64,000 nucleotides of DNA from Candidatus Eiseniibacteriota bacterium (GCA_963792585.1 CAWBWI010000001.1:1664001-1728000), one strand, 5' to 3'. Positions 48,473 through 60,742 are shown, counted from the first letter of the stretch. The notes: generated by a model from the sequence alone, not told the origin. A program made the numbers and translations.

Positions 48473-51400
48473 AGCTCTGCGAACTCTCCATCCAGCGGCC
48501 GGTCTTCGCGACGGTGATGAGCCTCGCGATCATCCTCTTCGGGGTCATCGCCTTCACGCGTCTTCCCGTGCGCGAGTACCCGGACATCGATCCGCCGATC
48601 GTCTCGATCACGACCTTCTACCGCGGCGCGAGCCCGAGCGTCGTCGAGACCGAGATCACGAACGTCCTCGAGGAGCAGCTCGCCACCCTCGAAGGGGTCA
48701 AGACGATCGACCTCGATCGAGCCAGGAGCAGGGCTCGGTCGATCACGATCGAGTTCGAGCTGAACCGCGACGTCGACGAGGCGGCGAACGACGTGCGCGA
48801 CCGGGTCTCGCGGATCCGCGGCTCGCTCCCGCGCGAGGCCGACGACCCGATCGTCGCGAAGGTCGACGTCAACGCCCAGCCGATCGTCTGGATCGCCCTC
48901 TCGAGCGACCCGCCACGACGGACTCGAGCTGACCGACGTCGCCGACCGCGTCCTGAAGGAGCGGATCCAGCGGCTGCCGGGCGTCGGCGTCGGTCATCAT
49001 CGGCGGCGAGCGCCGCTACGCGATGCGCGTCTGGCTCGACCCGATGCGGATGGCCGCCCACGGTCTGACGGCGCAGGACATCGAGGCGGCGATCCGGACG
49101 CGAGAACGCCGAGATCCCCGGCGGCCGCGTCGAGGGAACCGGGCGCGAGTTCGCGGTGCGCACGCGCGGCGACCTGACCACGCCCGAGGAGTTCGCGGCG
49201 ATCATCGTCACGCAGAGCGAGAACGACGTCGTGCGCCTGGGCGACGTGGCCGAGGTCGCGATCGGCGCCGAGGACGAGCGGACCGTCGCGCGCTACAACG
49301 GCCAGCCGGCCGTCGGCCTCGGCATCGTCAAGCAGTCGAAGGCGAGCACGATCGACGTCGCCGCGCGCCGTGCGCGGCGCGCTGCCCGAGCTGTCGCAGA
49401 GCCGCTGCCCGAGGGCATGCGCCTCGACGTCGCCTACGACTCCTCGACCTTCATCGAGGATTCGATCCACGAGGTGACGGACACGCTCCTGATCGCCATG
49501 TGCCTCGTCGTGCTCGTGATCCTGGTCTTCCTGAAGAGCTTCCGCGCGACGATGATCCCGACGATCGCGATCCCGATCTCGATCATCGGCACCTTCGCGG
49601 TGGCCTACTTCCTGGGCTTCACGATCAACATCCTGACGCTGCTGGCGCTCGTGCTCGCGATCGGACTCGTCGTGGACGACGCCATCGTCGTGCTGGAGAA
49701 CATCTTCCGGCACATGGAGATGGGCAAGAGGACGCAGGCAGGCGGCGTTCGACGGCTCCAAGGAGATCGGCTTCGCCGTCCTCGCGACGACGATCGCGCT
49801 GGTCGCGGTCTTCGTCCCGGTCGCCTTCCTGACCGGCACCGTCGGGCGGCTCTTCAAGGAGTTCGGCATCTCGGTGGCGGTCGCGGTGCTGATCTCGGGA
49901 TTCGTCGCACTGACCCTGACGCCGATGCTCTGCTCGCGGATGCTGCGGCCGCTGCACGGCGGCGGCACGGGCTGGACGACCCGCTCCTTCGACGCCTTCT
50001 TCAACTTCCTCGATCGCGTCGTACGAGCAGACGCTGCGCACGGCGCTCCGCCGCCGTCCCGCTCGTCGTCGCGGCCGCCGTCGCGTTGATCGTGGTGAGC
50101 GTGGGGGTCTTCAAGCTGCTCCCGCGCGAGCTGGTGCCGACCGAGGACCGCGGCATCGCCTTCGGCATCGTCATCGCGCCGGAGGGCTCGACGCTCGACT
50201 ACACGGACCGCTACATGCGGCAGGTCGAAGCGATTCTGCTGCCCCTGCCGGAGCGCAACGGACTCTTCACCGCGATCGGCTCTCGGCTTCGGCGGGCCCG
50301 GGACGGTCACCAACGGCTTCGTCTTCCTCAACCTGAAGCCGCGCGCCGAGCGCGACGAAGTCCCAGCAGGAGATCGTCGCAGGAGCTCTTCCCGCAGCTC
50401 TGATCTCGATCCCCGGCGTGCTCGCCTTCGTGATCAACCCGCCGAGCCTCGGCGGGCAGTTTCGCCTCGAGTCCGGTGGAGTACGTCCTGCAGGCGGAGA
50501 GCTACGACGAGCTGCGCCGGCGCGGTCGGCACGATGATGGCCAAGGCATCGAAGCTCGGCTACCTGGTCAACCTGGACACCGACCTGCGTCTCAACAAGC
50601 CGCAGCTCGACATCGCGATCGACCGCGAGCGGGCCGCGGGCCTCGGCGTCTCGGTCACCGACATCGGCACGCACGCTGGAGACGTTCCTCGGCGGCCGCG
50701 TGGTGAGCGAGTTCAAGCGCGGCGACGAAGCAGTACGACGTCATCGCGCAGATGAAGGCCGGCCGGTCGCGCGACCCCAGACGCGATCGACGGCATCTAC
50801 CTGCGCGGCAACGGCGGCCTGGTGCAGCTCGCGAACGTCGTGAACGTGCAGCGAGACGGTGGCGCCGAAGGAGCTGAACCACTATCAACCGCGTGCGCTC
50901 GGCGACGATCACGGCGAATCTCGCGCCGGGCGTGAGCCTCGGGACGGCCCTGGACGCTCTCGACCGGATCGCCAGGCGAGAGCTGCCCCCGTCGATCAAG
51001 CGCGAGCTTTCGGCGGCCAGTCGCGCGAGTTCCGCGAGTCGAGCTCCAGCCTCTACTTCATGTTCCTGCTCGCGGTGGTCTTCATCTTCCTGGTGCTGGC
51101 CGCGCAGTTCGAGAGCTTCGTCCACCCGCTCACGATCCTGCTCTCGGTGCCGCTGGCCGTGGTCGGCGCGCTCGTCTCGCTCTATCGTGTTCCGCCAGAG
51201 CATGAACATCTACTCGCAGATCGGGCTGATCATGCTGATCGGCCTGGTGACGAAGAACTCGATCCTGATCGTCGAGTACGCGAACCAGCTTCGCGCGCGC
51301 GGGATGGACGACGGTCGAGGCGGTGGTGGAGGCCGCGCGCATCCGGCTGCGACCGATCCTCATGACCTCCTTCGCGACGATCTTCGGCATCCTGCCGATC

Positions 51401-51616
51401 GCGATCGGCCTCGGCGCCGGCGCGGAGTCGCGCCGGCCGCTCGGCATCGCGGTCGTCGGCGGGATGGTCTTCTCGACCTTCCTGACGCTCGTGCTGGTGC
51501 CGGTCGTCTACACGCTGCTCTCGCGCTTCACGCGCGCCGAGGTGCACGAGACGGAACCGTCCCGCGCGACGGCCGTCGGGGGCGGGGCCGCGCCGAGGCC
51601 GCAGACGGCGCGCTAG
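48469..51616 (+). pseudogene. RND efflux permease (AcrB/MdtB-like), multiply frameshifted (probably sequencing artefact)
   Basis: [71 protein letters not shown], distributed across different frames. Confidence 0.85.
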
Positions 51617-52563
51617 CGCAGGAGCGCCGCGATCTCTCCGAGCTCGTCGCGCGTCAGATCCCAGTCGGCGGCTTTCGCAGTCTCCTCGATCTGCGACGGC
51701 CGGCGCGCTCCGACGATCGCGGCTGTCAGCTCCGGACGGCGGAGGACCCAGGCGATCGCGAGCTGGCCGACCGTGCGCCCGGCGCGACCGGCGATCGCGC
51801 GGAGTTTCTCGACCAGTTCGAGGTTCTGGGTGAGAAGAGGTTCCTGGTACTGGCGGGCATTGCGTCTCCAGTCATCCATGGGAAGGGCCGCCATCCGCTC
51901 GCGGGTGAAACCGCCGCTCAGGATCCCCGCCTGCATCGGGCTGTAGACGATCACCCCGATCCCGTGCTCGCGGCAGTAACCCAAGAGCTCGCCTTCCACG
52001 ATGCGATGGACCATGCTGTAGGGCGGCTGGAGCGAGGCGACGGGGTGGATTGCGCGAATGCGTTCGAGTTGCTCGACGTTGAAGTTCGAGACCCCAGCGT
52101 GCAGGATCTTTCCCTCGCCGACGAGCCGGGCGATCTCACACCAAGCTTCCTCGATGTCCTCGGGAGGGTTCGGCCAGTGGATCTGGTATAGATCGATTCG
52201 ATCGGTGCGGAGCCTGCGAAGGGAATCTTCCACCTCGCGACGCACGCTCCCGGCCTTCAGGCGACCGAACGGCGTCGTCTCCCCAGGGTTCCAGACGAGA
52301 CCGCACTTCGTGGCGAGGATCACCCGGTCGCGGCGTCCTTCGATCGCGCGCGCGACGACCTCCTCGGAGTGACCGAGGCCGTAGACGGCGGCCGTATCGA
52401 TCCAGTTGATCCCCAGATCGAGCCCGCGGCGGATCGCGGCGATCGACTCGTTGTCGTCCTGCGGGCCCCATCCGAAGGCCCAGCCTCCTCCGCCGATCGC
52501 CCAGGCGCCGAATCCGACCGTGGTCAGTTCGAGGCCGCTGACTCCCAGCTTGCGTGTGCGCAT
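51613..52563 (-). CDS. Aldo/keto reductase
   Basis: [46 protein letters not shown]...G.L. Confidence 0.93.
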   Translation of the reverse strand: MRTRKLGVSGLELTTVGFGAWAIGGGGWAFGWGPQDDNESIAAIRRGLDLGINWIDTAAVYGLGHSEEVVARAIEGRRDRVILATKCGLVWNPGETTPFGRLKAGSVRREVEDSLRRLRTDRIDLYQIHWPNPPEDIEEAWCEIARLVGEGKILHAGVSNFNVEQLERIRAIHPVASLQPPYSMVHRIVEGELLGYCREHGIGVIVYSPMQAGILSGGFTRERMAALPMDDWRRNARQYQEPLLTQNLELVEKLRAIAGRAGRTVGQLAIAWVLRRPELTAAIVGARRPSQIEETAKAADWDLTRDELGEIAALLR

Positions 52564-52680
52564 GTCGTCCCCCTGGAAGCGAATCGCCGCCTCTGGCCCC
52601 CCGCGAGTTTCGTGAACTGTAGCACAAGAAACTTTGAGACCCGCTTGCCGGACCCGCGACCCTTCTCGCATACTGGAACC

Positions 52681-53631
<951 letters not shown>

Positions 53632-53634
53632 ACG

Positions 53635-54288
53635 ATGGCGGACGCGGCCGCGAAAGCGATGCGTCCCTCCCCGCGACGGAAGCGCTGGATCAAGCCGGTC
53701 GCCTTCGTTCTCTGCCTCGTCCCCCTCGGCAAGATCGCCTATGACGCATTCCTGGGCCAGGGACTCGGGGCGAATCCGATCGCAGAGATCCTGAACCGTC
53801 TCGGCTTTTGGACCCTCACGCTGCTCACGGCCACCCTCGCCTGCACGCCCCTCAAGATCGTCTTCGGATGGACCTGGCCGCTGCGGCTGCGCCGGATGCT
53901 CGGGGTCTTCACGTTCGCATACGCGTTTCTGCACTTCACGACTTACTTCGCGATCGATCAGCTCTTCGACCTCCGTGCGATCCTCGCCGACATCGTGAAG
54001 CGAAAGTTCATCACGCTCGGGTTCGTCGCGTTCCTGGTCCTGATCCCGCTTGCGCTCACATCCACCAACGCCGCCGTACGCCGCATGGGTTTCGTCCGCT
54101 GGAAACGACTCCACCGCCTCGTCTATCTCGTCGCCGGCCTCGGCCTCATCCACTTCTATTGGCGGGTCAAGGCGGATCACCGGGAGCCATGGATCTACAT
54201 CGGCATCATCGCCGCACTGATGCTCGCGCGCGGGATCTCCTGGCTGCGAGGTCGGGCTCGCAGGCGCGTGATTAGACCTGCCGTGTAA
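53635..54288 (+). CDS. msrQ: Heme-binding membrane subunit MsrQ
   Basis: GANP, TP, RRMLG...F.YA.LH, PLALTS, WKRLHRLVY...HF.W; directly after msrP. Confidence 0.94.
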   Translation: MADAAAKAMRPSPRRKRWIKPVAFVLCLVPLGKIAYDAFLGQGLGANPIAEILNRLGFWTLTLLTATLACTPLKIVFGWTWPLRLRRMLGVFTFAYAFLHFTTYFAIDQLFDLRAILADIVKRKFITLGFVAFLVLIPLALTSTNAAVRRMGFVRWKRLHRLVYLVAGLGLIHFYWRVKADHREPWIYIGIIAALMLARGISWLRGRARRRVIRPAV

Positions 54289-54414
54289 CGCGGAACCGAG
54301 CTAGGGGATTCGGCACGGCGCTTGACTGCTCCGATGCCGAAGGCTTATCGTTGATGGGCCGATGAAGCGGCACGATGTCCGCGTCCCCGAACCACGCAAC
54401 GCAGAGGTCAACGT

Positions 54415-56388
54415 ATGCGAACCCGCAGCAGCGTCGTCATGGTCGGCCTTGTCCTTGGATTGGCCGCCTCCCCCGCCGGGGCGCAGTTCTGGCGTCAGAA
54501 CGACCAGATCTTCAATCCCAGCGGGATTCCTTCGCTCTTCTTCTCCCAGCCCCGCTTCGCCGATCTGGATGCCGACGGAGACCTCGACCTCATTCTGGGC
54601 AGCACGGAAAGTACGCCCCTCTACTACCAGAACACAGGGACGTCCACCAACCCGGCCTTCTCCGAAGGGCCCGAAATCTTCGCTCCCGTGGGCGAGTTGG
54701 ATGCCGAGGTCGGGGTCTGCGTCGACCTGGACGGCGACTCGGACCTGGATTTCGTCACCGGGGGATACAATGGGTTGGTCCTCTTCGAGAACACGGGAAG
54801 CCCAACCGCCCCCGTCTTCGTCAAGCGCGCGGGCTTCTTCTCCGCCCTCGCGACCGGCTCGAATCCCGTTCCGACGCTGGCCGATCTCGACGGCGACCAG
54901 GATGCCGATTTGCTCATCGGCCTCAGCGAGAGTGGCGTCCTGAAGTACTACGCCAACACCGGCACGCCCACCGCCGCCGTGTTCCAGGAGTCCGGAGCCG
55001 AGACTTGGTTCGACATCGGCCTCTACGCGTATCCGTGGTTCGTGGACCTGGATGGAGACCTCGATGTCGACTTGGCCTCCGGGCGCGATGCGCACGGGTT
55101 CGAATACTATCGCAACGACGGCGACTCCTCGGCCTGGGTCTGGACGCCGAATTCAGCCGTATTCGCGGGCCTGGGAGAGGCGACCTACTGGAACTCCCCG
55201 TGTCTGGTCGATCTCAACGGAGATGACCGACCGGACCTCATCTTCGGGACGAGCGCCGGGCCGTTGCAGTACTACGTGAACGGCGGACCGCCGGAGAACC
55301 CGCAGTGGAACGTCAATACGAGCCTCTTCGGCGGCGTCCTGGACGTCGACGCGGCCAGCTCCCCCTTCTTCTTCGATTTCGATGCAGACGGTGATCTGGA
55401 TCTCGTCAGCGGCAGCCAAGCGGGCGGCATCAAGTACTACGAAAACGTGGGAACGAGCGGGGCTCCCGCCTGGCGAGCCGCGCACGGCTACTTCGCCGCC
55501 ATCGATCACTCGATCTATTCCGCCATCGCGCTCGGCCGTCTCGACGGCGACGAACAACCCGACGCCGTCGTTGGCGACCTCTCCGGAAACCTGTTCTATC
55601 ACCACAACACGGGATCGGGCTTCGAGTATGACGCGGGCGTGTTCGCGGGAATCAACGTCGGAGCCTGGTCGGTTCCCCGGCTGGTGGACATGAACGCCGA
55701 CGGGGATCTGGACCTGGTGGTGGGCAACGAGGCCGGCCGGCTGCGTTACTTCGAAAGCATCGGCACCGGCTCCATGGAGTGGCGCGAAGTCGTCGGGTAC
55801 TTCAGCACGATCGATATCGGATCCAATTGTTCGCCGACACTGGGCGACTATGACCGCGACGGAGACATCGACCTCCTCACCGGGGACATCGGCCATGAAC
55901 TCCAGTACTTCCGGCATGCAGGCACAGCCTGGCAGGAGGATCCGGGCGTGGTCGCCGGGCTCGTGGTGGGCCAGAACGCAGCCCCCGCGTTCGGCGATCT
56001 GGATCATGACGGCGACCTTGATCTGACCGTCGGCAACTACTCCGGCACATTCAACTACTTCGAGAATACCGGGCCCGTATCGAGCATTTCCGCCGATGAA
56101 GACCTGGATGCCCGCCCGATCCGCCTTCAGGCGGGTCCGAACCCGTTTACGGACCGCGTGACTCTGACCTTCAAACTGCCGAAGGCCGCCCCAGTCGATC
56201 TGGCGATCTACGATGCCGCCGGGAGGCGTGTTCGCCAGTTGCTCGGCGGCCTCGTCCCCGCGGGCGCGCACACGATCGTGTGGAACCGGGCAGGCGCCCC
56301 CGATCCCGGCGGGACCAGCGGCGCCTACTTCTGCCGTCTCAAAGTACGCGACTCAACCCGGACGATCGCACTGACCCGCGTCAGGTGA
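54415..56388 (+). CDS. Secreted FG-GAP/VCBS repeat protein with FlgD/T9SS-type C-terminus
   Basis: About ten P.F.DLDxDGDLDL..G...G...YY.N repeats; C-terminal PNPF...IYDAAGRRV...GAYFCRL. Confidence 0.9.
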   Translation: MRTRSSVVMVGLVLGLAASPAGAQFWRQNDQIFNPSGIPSLFFSQPRFADLDADGDLDLILGSTESTPLYYQNTGTSTNPAFSEGPEIFAPVGELDAEVGVCVDLDGDSDLDFVTGGYNGLVLFENTGSPTAPVFVKRAGFFSALATGSNPVPTLADLDGDQDADLLIGLSESGVLKYYANTGTPTAAVFQESGAETWFDIGLYAYPWFVDLDGDLDVDLASGRDAHGFEYYRNDGDSSAWVWTPNSAVFAGLGEATYWNSPCLVDLNGDDRPDLIFGTSAGPLQYYVNGGPPENPQWNVNTSLFGGVLDVDAASSPFFFDFDADGDLDLVSGSQAGGIKYYENVGTSGAPAWRAAHGYFAAIDHSIYSAIALGRLDGDEQPDAVVGDLSGNLFYHHNTGSGFEYDAGVFAGINVGAWSVPRLVDMNADGDLDLVVGNEAGRLRYFESIGTGSMEWREVVGYFSTIDIGSNCSPTLGDYDRDGDIDLLTGDIGHELQYFRHAGTAWQEDPGVVAGLVVGQNAAPAFGDLDHDGDLDLTVGNYSGTFNYFENTGPVSSISADEDLDARPIRLQAGPNPFTDRVTLTFKLPKAAPVDLAIYDAAGRRVRQLLGGLVPAGAHTIVWNRAGAPDPGGTSGAYFCRLKVRDSTRTIALTRVR

Positions 56389-56444
56389 CGGCAGCATTCG
56401 GAGCGATCGCGTCTCCGTCCGGTTCGAGGGGAACGGGTCGCTGA

Positions 56445-58154
56445 TCACTCTCTGCAGACGATGATTCGCGCGCTACCCCAGTCCCCCTCCGCCGTCGGCT
56501 GCCAGCGGATGAAGTAGACGCCGCTCCTCACATCCGTGCCGAGAAGCTCCCGCACCGGAAGATCCACATCACCGGCAAACGTCCGCCGCCCGATCAGACG
56601 CCCCGTGGGATCGCAGATCGTCACGCGACCGGCCCGCCCCTCCGGCGGGGAGAGTGTGATGCGGCCGCCGGCGAAGACCGGGTTCGGCGCGACACGCAGC
56701 GGCAGGACCCGAAGACCGGGTCCTTGCGCGACGTCGGCGGGGTTGAGTCCGATGTAACGGCCGTGGTTCGCCACGTTCTGCCGGATCTTGGGCCAGTCCA
56801 TCCGTGAGGTCGGCGTCGCCACGCTCCCGTCGACATCGAAGACGTAGACCCGTCCGTGACCGTTCATGTCGCTTCCCGCAACGGCCATCTCGAAACCACC
56901 ATCCCCATCCGCGTCCATGATGTGGGTCGATGAGTGAGAGTTCAAGTCGCTCGGGCTGTACAGGGTCTTCGGGAATCCGGGTAGGACGCTCCCGGCGAGG
57001 TTCCATCCCGAGACATATTGCGCAGAGGAGAACCAGTAGGTCAGGAAGATCTCCTGGAGACCATCATTGTTCACATCGACGACCGACGGCGATGAAATCT
57101 GTTGGATGCCGGCGATCGTCTTCGGATAGCCCGCCATCTCGAGGCCGCTCGGGAGGAGGATGTGCAACTTCGCGTCGGCTGTGACCGTTACGATCTCGGG
57201 GACACCATCCCCTTGGACGTCCGCGACCGCGGGATTGCAGCGGGAGGAATTGCCCTCCGCGGCGATCGTCCTTGGCCATCCGGTCATCACATTGCCGTCG
57301 GGATGCCAGACCCAGAGCCTCGAGCCCTGCGATCCCGGATCCCCTTCCTGCGCGATGATCTCGAGGGTTTCGTCCCCGTCGAGGTCGGCGAGAGCTGGGG
57401 AGGAGTAGATCGGCCTGATCACCTTCGGCCACCCTGACGCCACGGTGCCGTTGGCGTGGATCAGGTAGACCCCCCAATCCGGATAGCAGACATTGCCGAC
57501 CGCCACCTCAAGCGATCCATCGTGGTCGACGTCGCCGACCGCCGGCGCGGACCATTGCGGGTTGTTGATCGGCACGCTCCAGGTGAAAGGCCAGCCCGGC
57601 AACGGCACGCCGGTCCTGTCGTAGAAGAAGACCCCCTGCTCCCCCGCTGTTCCAACGTCGAGATGCGAGTCGCCGTCCAGGTCGACGATGACCGGGCAGG
57701 TGAGGTTCGTGATCGAGATGAAGGGAACATCGACCGGCCATCCAGCCTTCGGAGCTCCTGTCATCCCATCCAGAACCCAGAGGCGCGCGGTCGGCAGGGT
57801 CGAGGCGATTGCGACCTCGGCGTGCCCGTCGCCGTCGACGTCGTCAACCGCCGCGTGCATCTGGACGTTTCCTACGTTCCGCGACCAGAGGAGGGCGCCG
57901 CCCAACGTGTACGCATAGATGTAGAGATCGTCGGCGGCGATGACCTCCGGGGTCCCGTCCCCGGTCAAATCCGCGAAGATCGGCGTCGCGATCATCTCGC
58001 GCGTCGACTGCGGCCAGGATCGATCGCCGCCCGGCAGATCGCCGTCATCGGGGAGGGGCGCCGGCGTGAACGCCAGTCGGCTCACCGGAGCGGCCAACCC
58101 GGACGCCGAGGCGAGAATCGTGAGCAGGAAACCTGCGAATGCGATGCGGAGCAT
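56445..58154 (-). CDS. Secreted FG-GAP repeat protein with T9SS-type C-terminus
   Basis: GGAGG RBS; repeated PA.ADLDGDG..EI....GWP units; C-terminal PNPV...D.TGR...SGVYFIR. Confidence 0.9.
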   Translation of the reverse strand: MLRIAFAGFLLTILASASGLAAPVSRLAFTPAPLPDDGDLPGGDRSWPQSTREMIATPIFADLTGDGTPEVIAADDLYIYAYTLGGALLWSRNVGNVQMHAAVDDVDGDGHAEVAIASTLPTARLWVLDGMTGAPKAGWPVDVPFISITNLTCPVIVDLDGDSHLDVGTAGEQGVFFYDRTGVPLPGWPFTWSVPINNPQWSAPAVGDVDHDGSLEVAVGNVCYPDWGVYLIHANGTVASGWPKVIRPIYSSPALADLDGDETLEIIAQEGDPGSQGSRLWVWHPDGNVMTGWPRTIAAEGNSSRCNPAVADVQGDGVPEIVTVTADAKLHILLPSGLEMAGYPKTIAGIQQISSPSVVDVNNDGLQEIFLTYWFSSAQYVSGWNLAGSVLPGFPKTLYSPSDLNSHSSTHIMDADGDGGFEMAVAGSDMNGHGRVYVFDVDGSVATPTSRMDWPKIRQNVANHGRYIGLNPADVAQGPGLRVLPLRVAPNPVFAGGRITLSPPEGRAGRVTICDPTGRLIGRRTFAGDVDLPVRELLGTDVRSGVYFIRWQPTAEGDWGSARIIVCRE

Positions 58155-58277
58155 CTGGACCTCCTGTTTGAGCCGATCGAGGCGATCGCTGCTGGAAGAC
58201 AGCCGGCAACCGAATGCTGCGGGCTCGATTATAGCGCGTCGGGATTGGGAAGAACAGGGGTCCGCCGTTCTCTGCGG

Positions 58278-58326
58278 CTGCCGTATGAAAATGTCATCCT
58301 CTTACTGCCATGCGAAAATGTCACCC
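58278..58326. repeat. 22-bp imperfect direct repeat (core GAAAATGTCA), 27-bp period, upstream of a TATAAT box
   Basis: ctgccgtatgaaaatgtcatcc (58278-58299) versus ctgccatgcgaaaatgtcaccc (58305-58326); minus-strand TATAAT at 58233-58228. Confidence 0.6.
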
Positions 58327-58472
58327 CATGGAGACGATTCACCTGCTGGGGAAGTCTGAGCTCAGATCAAGGCGAAGCTCGCAGGGGCTTCATGCCCATC
58401 GTGTTCGTGAGCACGCAAGAAGCCCGGAGCGCCATCGCGCCCCGGGCTTCCAGCTTCGGCTCGAGAGTGCGT

Positions 58473-60284
58473 CTACTCGACCTTCAGCATCTTGCTCGTC
58501 GCGATCTCATCACCCACGCGGACGGTGTAGAGATACAGCCCGGCCGGAACATGGCGTCCCGCGTCATCGTCGCCGAACCAGCGGACCCGATGCTCTCCCG
58601 CCTGCTGCGTCGCGTTCAGCAGCGTACGAACATGCCGCCCGCTCGCATCATAGACATCCGCCTGAACCGCCGCGGTCCTCGACGTCGTGTACTTGATCGT
58701 CGTAACGGGGTTGAACGGGTTCGGCGCGTTCTGCTCGAGTCGAACTACGCGCGCCGGCAGCGCCCCTTCCGCGACGTCCATGACGGTGCTCGTCTGAGCG
58801 CTGAACTTGAAGTCCTTCCCGCTCGATCCGCAGGCCCTCTTCAGCTCGACGCCCATGTAGACGTGATCCGTCTCGTTCCAGCGGGTCAGTTCGAAGGTCG
58901 CATGGCCCGTGGCGTCGATCGGGACGATGTATTCCTCGAAGATATTCTGGCCGGCGAACTTCCGGATGAACAAGAGCTGCCAGTTGTACTCACAGGCGTT
59001 CAGCCCGCTGAAGGTGACCGTCAGCTTGTTATCCGTCGATCCGGTCTGTGGCTTGAAGCGCGTGTAGTTCGTCCCGAGGGAGACGGGCAACCTCGTGCTG
59101 GTCGGGTGGACATCGGTCTGCGGATAGGTCGTGATGTCCTTGTCAAATGCGATAGAGACCGGATTCGGGTCGTACCACTCGCCCCCCTCGCTGTAGTGAT
59201 TTCCGTCCGCCCGGAGGCATGTGTAGTAGTTCCACCGCGCCCACTCGTTCACCGCCAGATCCCACGTGAACGCCGGGTCGTATTGCCCGATGACGTTCTC
59301 GAAGGCGTTCGTCAGGTTCGTGTTGACTGCGTCGTAGTACCAGATGTCCTTCACGATATCGATCGCGAACCGCTCCCCGAGATAGGTCGGCCAGACCATG
59401 CAGGCGTATTCCCACTGGCCATCGGCATCACGGAGACCGTTCCAGGGACGCGCGAAGAAGGAGCGGAGATAGCCGACGTATTGATTGCTCTCGTCATAGA
59501 CCATATCTTCGGACCATGTCGCGCAGTTCTCCATCCACCAGGACGATGTCTGCGCATTGAGCCCCATCTGGACCACGTGCATGTACTCGTGGACGACGGT
59601 CACACGCATGTTGTCCCAGATGCTGCCGCCGTACTGCGTGAAGTCGTGATCGATGATGAAGTAGGCGGTATAGGAGTTCGGATACGGAGCGCCCACGGGT
59701 GTTTCGGGGAATGTGACTCCCATCACCCCATTTCCCAATGCGTCGCAATAGCAGTCGATCTTGGTGTTTCCGCCGGCGCCCCCGTCCGAGGGCGGTGCGG
59801 GATATCCCATCGCCACGAACTGGTTGTAGCCCCGTTCGCAGGAGGAGATGACCGAATCGCGGAATGCCGTGTTCGGCCAACCGTAGATGATGTTTGCCCC
59901 GCTCGTGGAATAGTGCACGCGGAAGTGAGGCGTGTCGACATAGCTGTCAAGGTTCGGACGAACCCGTAGCCGTTCCAGATACGCGCCGTCTTCCTGCGGG
60001 AGCTCGCTTCGACGCTGTGACGCGTCGATGTACGTCGGTGTGCCGCACCGGATCGGGACGGCATCCGCGACCCGGTATTCCTGGGGAAGCCTGTTCGGGT
60101 CGAACAGGGCATAGAGGCGGTAGAGCAGGGCCTGGGCCTGGGTGATCTGCTGGGCCGCGAGCGCCTCATTGATCGTCGTGAGGGGGGATCGCGCGGGCTC
60201 CGGCTGATCCGCCGCCCAGGCAAAGACGGGCATGAGGATCGCAAGCCCCAGGACCAGAAGACCGATACCGTGGAGAGACTTCAT
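58473..60284 (-). CDS. Secreted HExxH metalloprotease (MXAN_6640-like) with FlgD-Ig C-terminus
   Basis: AGGAGG RBS; signal peptide; RCGT, HFRVHY, VTVVHEYMHVVQ...W.ME..ATW.ED; QNAPNPFNP.T.I.Y...YDASGRHV...PAGLY. Confidence 0.9.
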   Translation of the reverse strand: MKSLHGIGLLVLGLAILMPVFAWAADQPEPARSPLTTINEALAAQQITQAQALLYRLYALFDPNRLPQEYRVADAVPIRCGTPTYIDASQRRSELPQEDGAYLERLRVRPNLDSYVDTPHFRVHYSTSGANIIYGWPNTAFRDSVISSCERGYNQFVAMGYPAPPSDGGAGGNTKIDCYCDALGNGVMGVTFPETPVGAPYPNSYTAYFIIDHDFTQYGGSIWDNMRVTVVHEYMHVVQMGLNAQTSSWWMENCATWSEDMVYDESNQYVGYLRSFFARPWNGLRDADGQWEYACMVWPTYLGERFAIDIVKDIWYYDAVNTNLTNAFENVIGQYDPAFTWDLAVNEWARWNYYTCLRADGNHYSEGGEWYDPNPVSIAFDKDITTYPQTDVHPTSTRLPVSLGTNYTRFKPQTGSTDNKLTVTFSGLNACEYNWQLLFIRKFAGQNIFEEYIVPIDATGHATFELTRWNETDHVYMGVELKRACGSSGKDFKFSAQTSTVMDVAEGALPARVVRLEQNAPNPFNPVTTIKYTTSRTAAVQADVYDASGRHVRTLLNATQQAGEHRVRWFGDDDAGRHVPAGLYLYTVRVGDEIATSKMLKVE

Positions 60285-60364
60285 GTGCGGGCCTCCTTGA
60301 CACAGATGTCATGGACAAGACTTCCACTCCGATGCGTCTATTAGAGGAGCTAAGCATTTCGCGT

Positions 60365-60398
60365 TCACGATGATAGCGAAGCTAATCGTGACCGTCAA
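60365..60398 (-). promoter_or_regulatory. Sigma70 promoter TTGACG-N17-TATCAT overlapped by an inverted repeat
   Basis: -35 at 60398-60393, -10 at 60375-60370; TCACGAT (60365-60371)...ATCGTGA (60385-60391) with inner TAGC-GAA-GCTA. Confidence 0.65.
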
Positions 60399-60501
60399 GT
60401 AGGTGGGCCCCGCAGTATGTGGGCCTCGCGGCGTTGCGTCGGGCCGCGTCACAGGAGCGAGAGAGGTAACTCCTTCCATGACAACCGGCCACGCAGAGGA
60501 T

Positions 60502-60729
60502 TCACGGCGCTAAATCCGTGACTACCGTCTCAGGGGCAAGCTCTCTGATCGCCCTGATCATACGGCAGAAGGAAGCCCCCGAGCCAACCCTCCGCGGGTC
60601 TTCAACTCTGGAGCCCCATGGGACCATCCTCGGGCCCGGCCCCGTCCGTCCGGCAAGAAGTTCGCACGCCGAACGGCCGCCGACGTCGAAGATCCCGAAC
60701 TGGATTGACCCCTCGATCGGAATCGCCAA
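60502..60729 (-). pseudogene. Degenerate orphan FlgD-Ig/T9SS-type C-terminal domain remnant
   Basis: IFDVGGR...LL.G..GPG...VPW......R.VGSG.SFCRM matches the CTD consensus of neighbouring genes but is decayed and has no passenger domain. Confidence 0.6.
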
Positions 60730-60742
60730 TTATGAAGCCCTC

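Noticed and set aside
48000..51350. Programmed frameshifting or phase variation
   Set aside because: Too many scattered indels, with no slippery heptamers or simple-sequence tracts.
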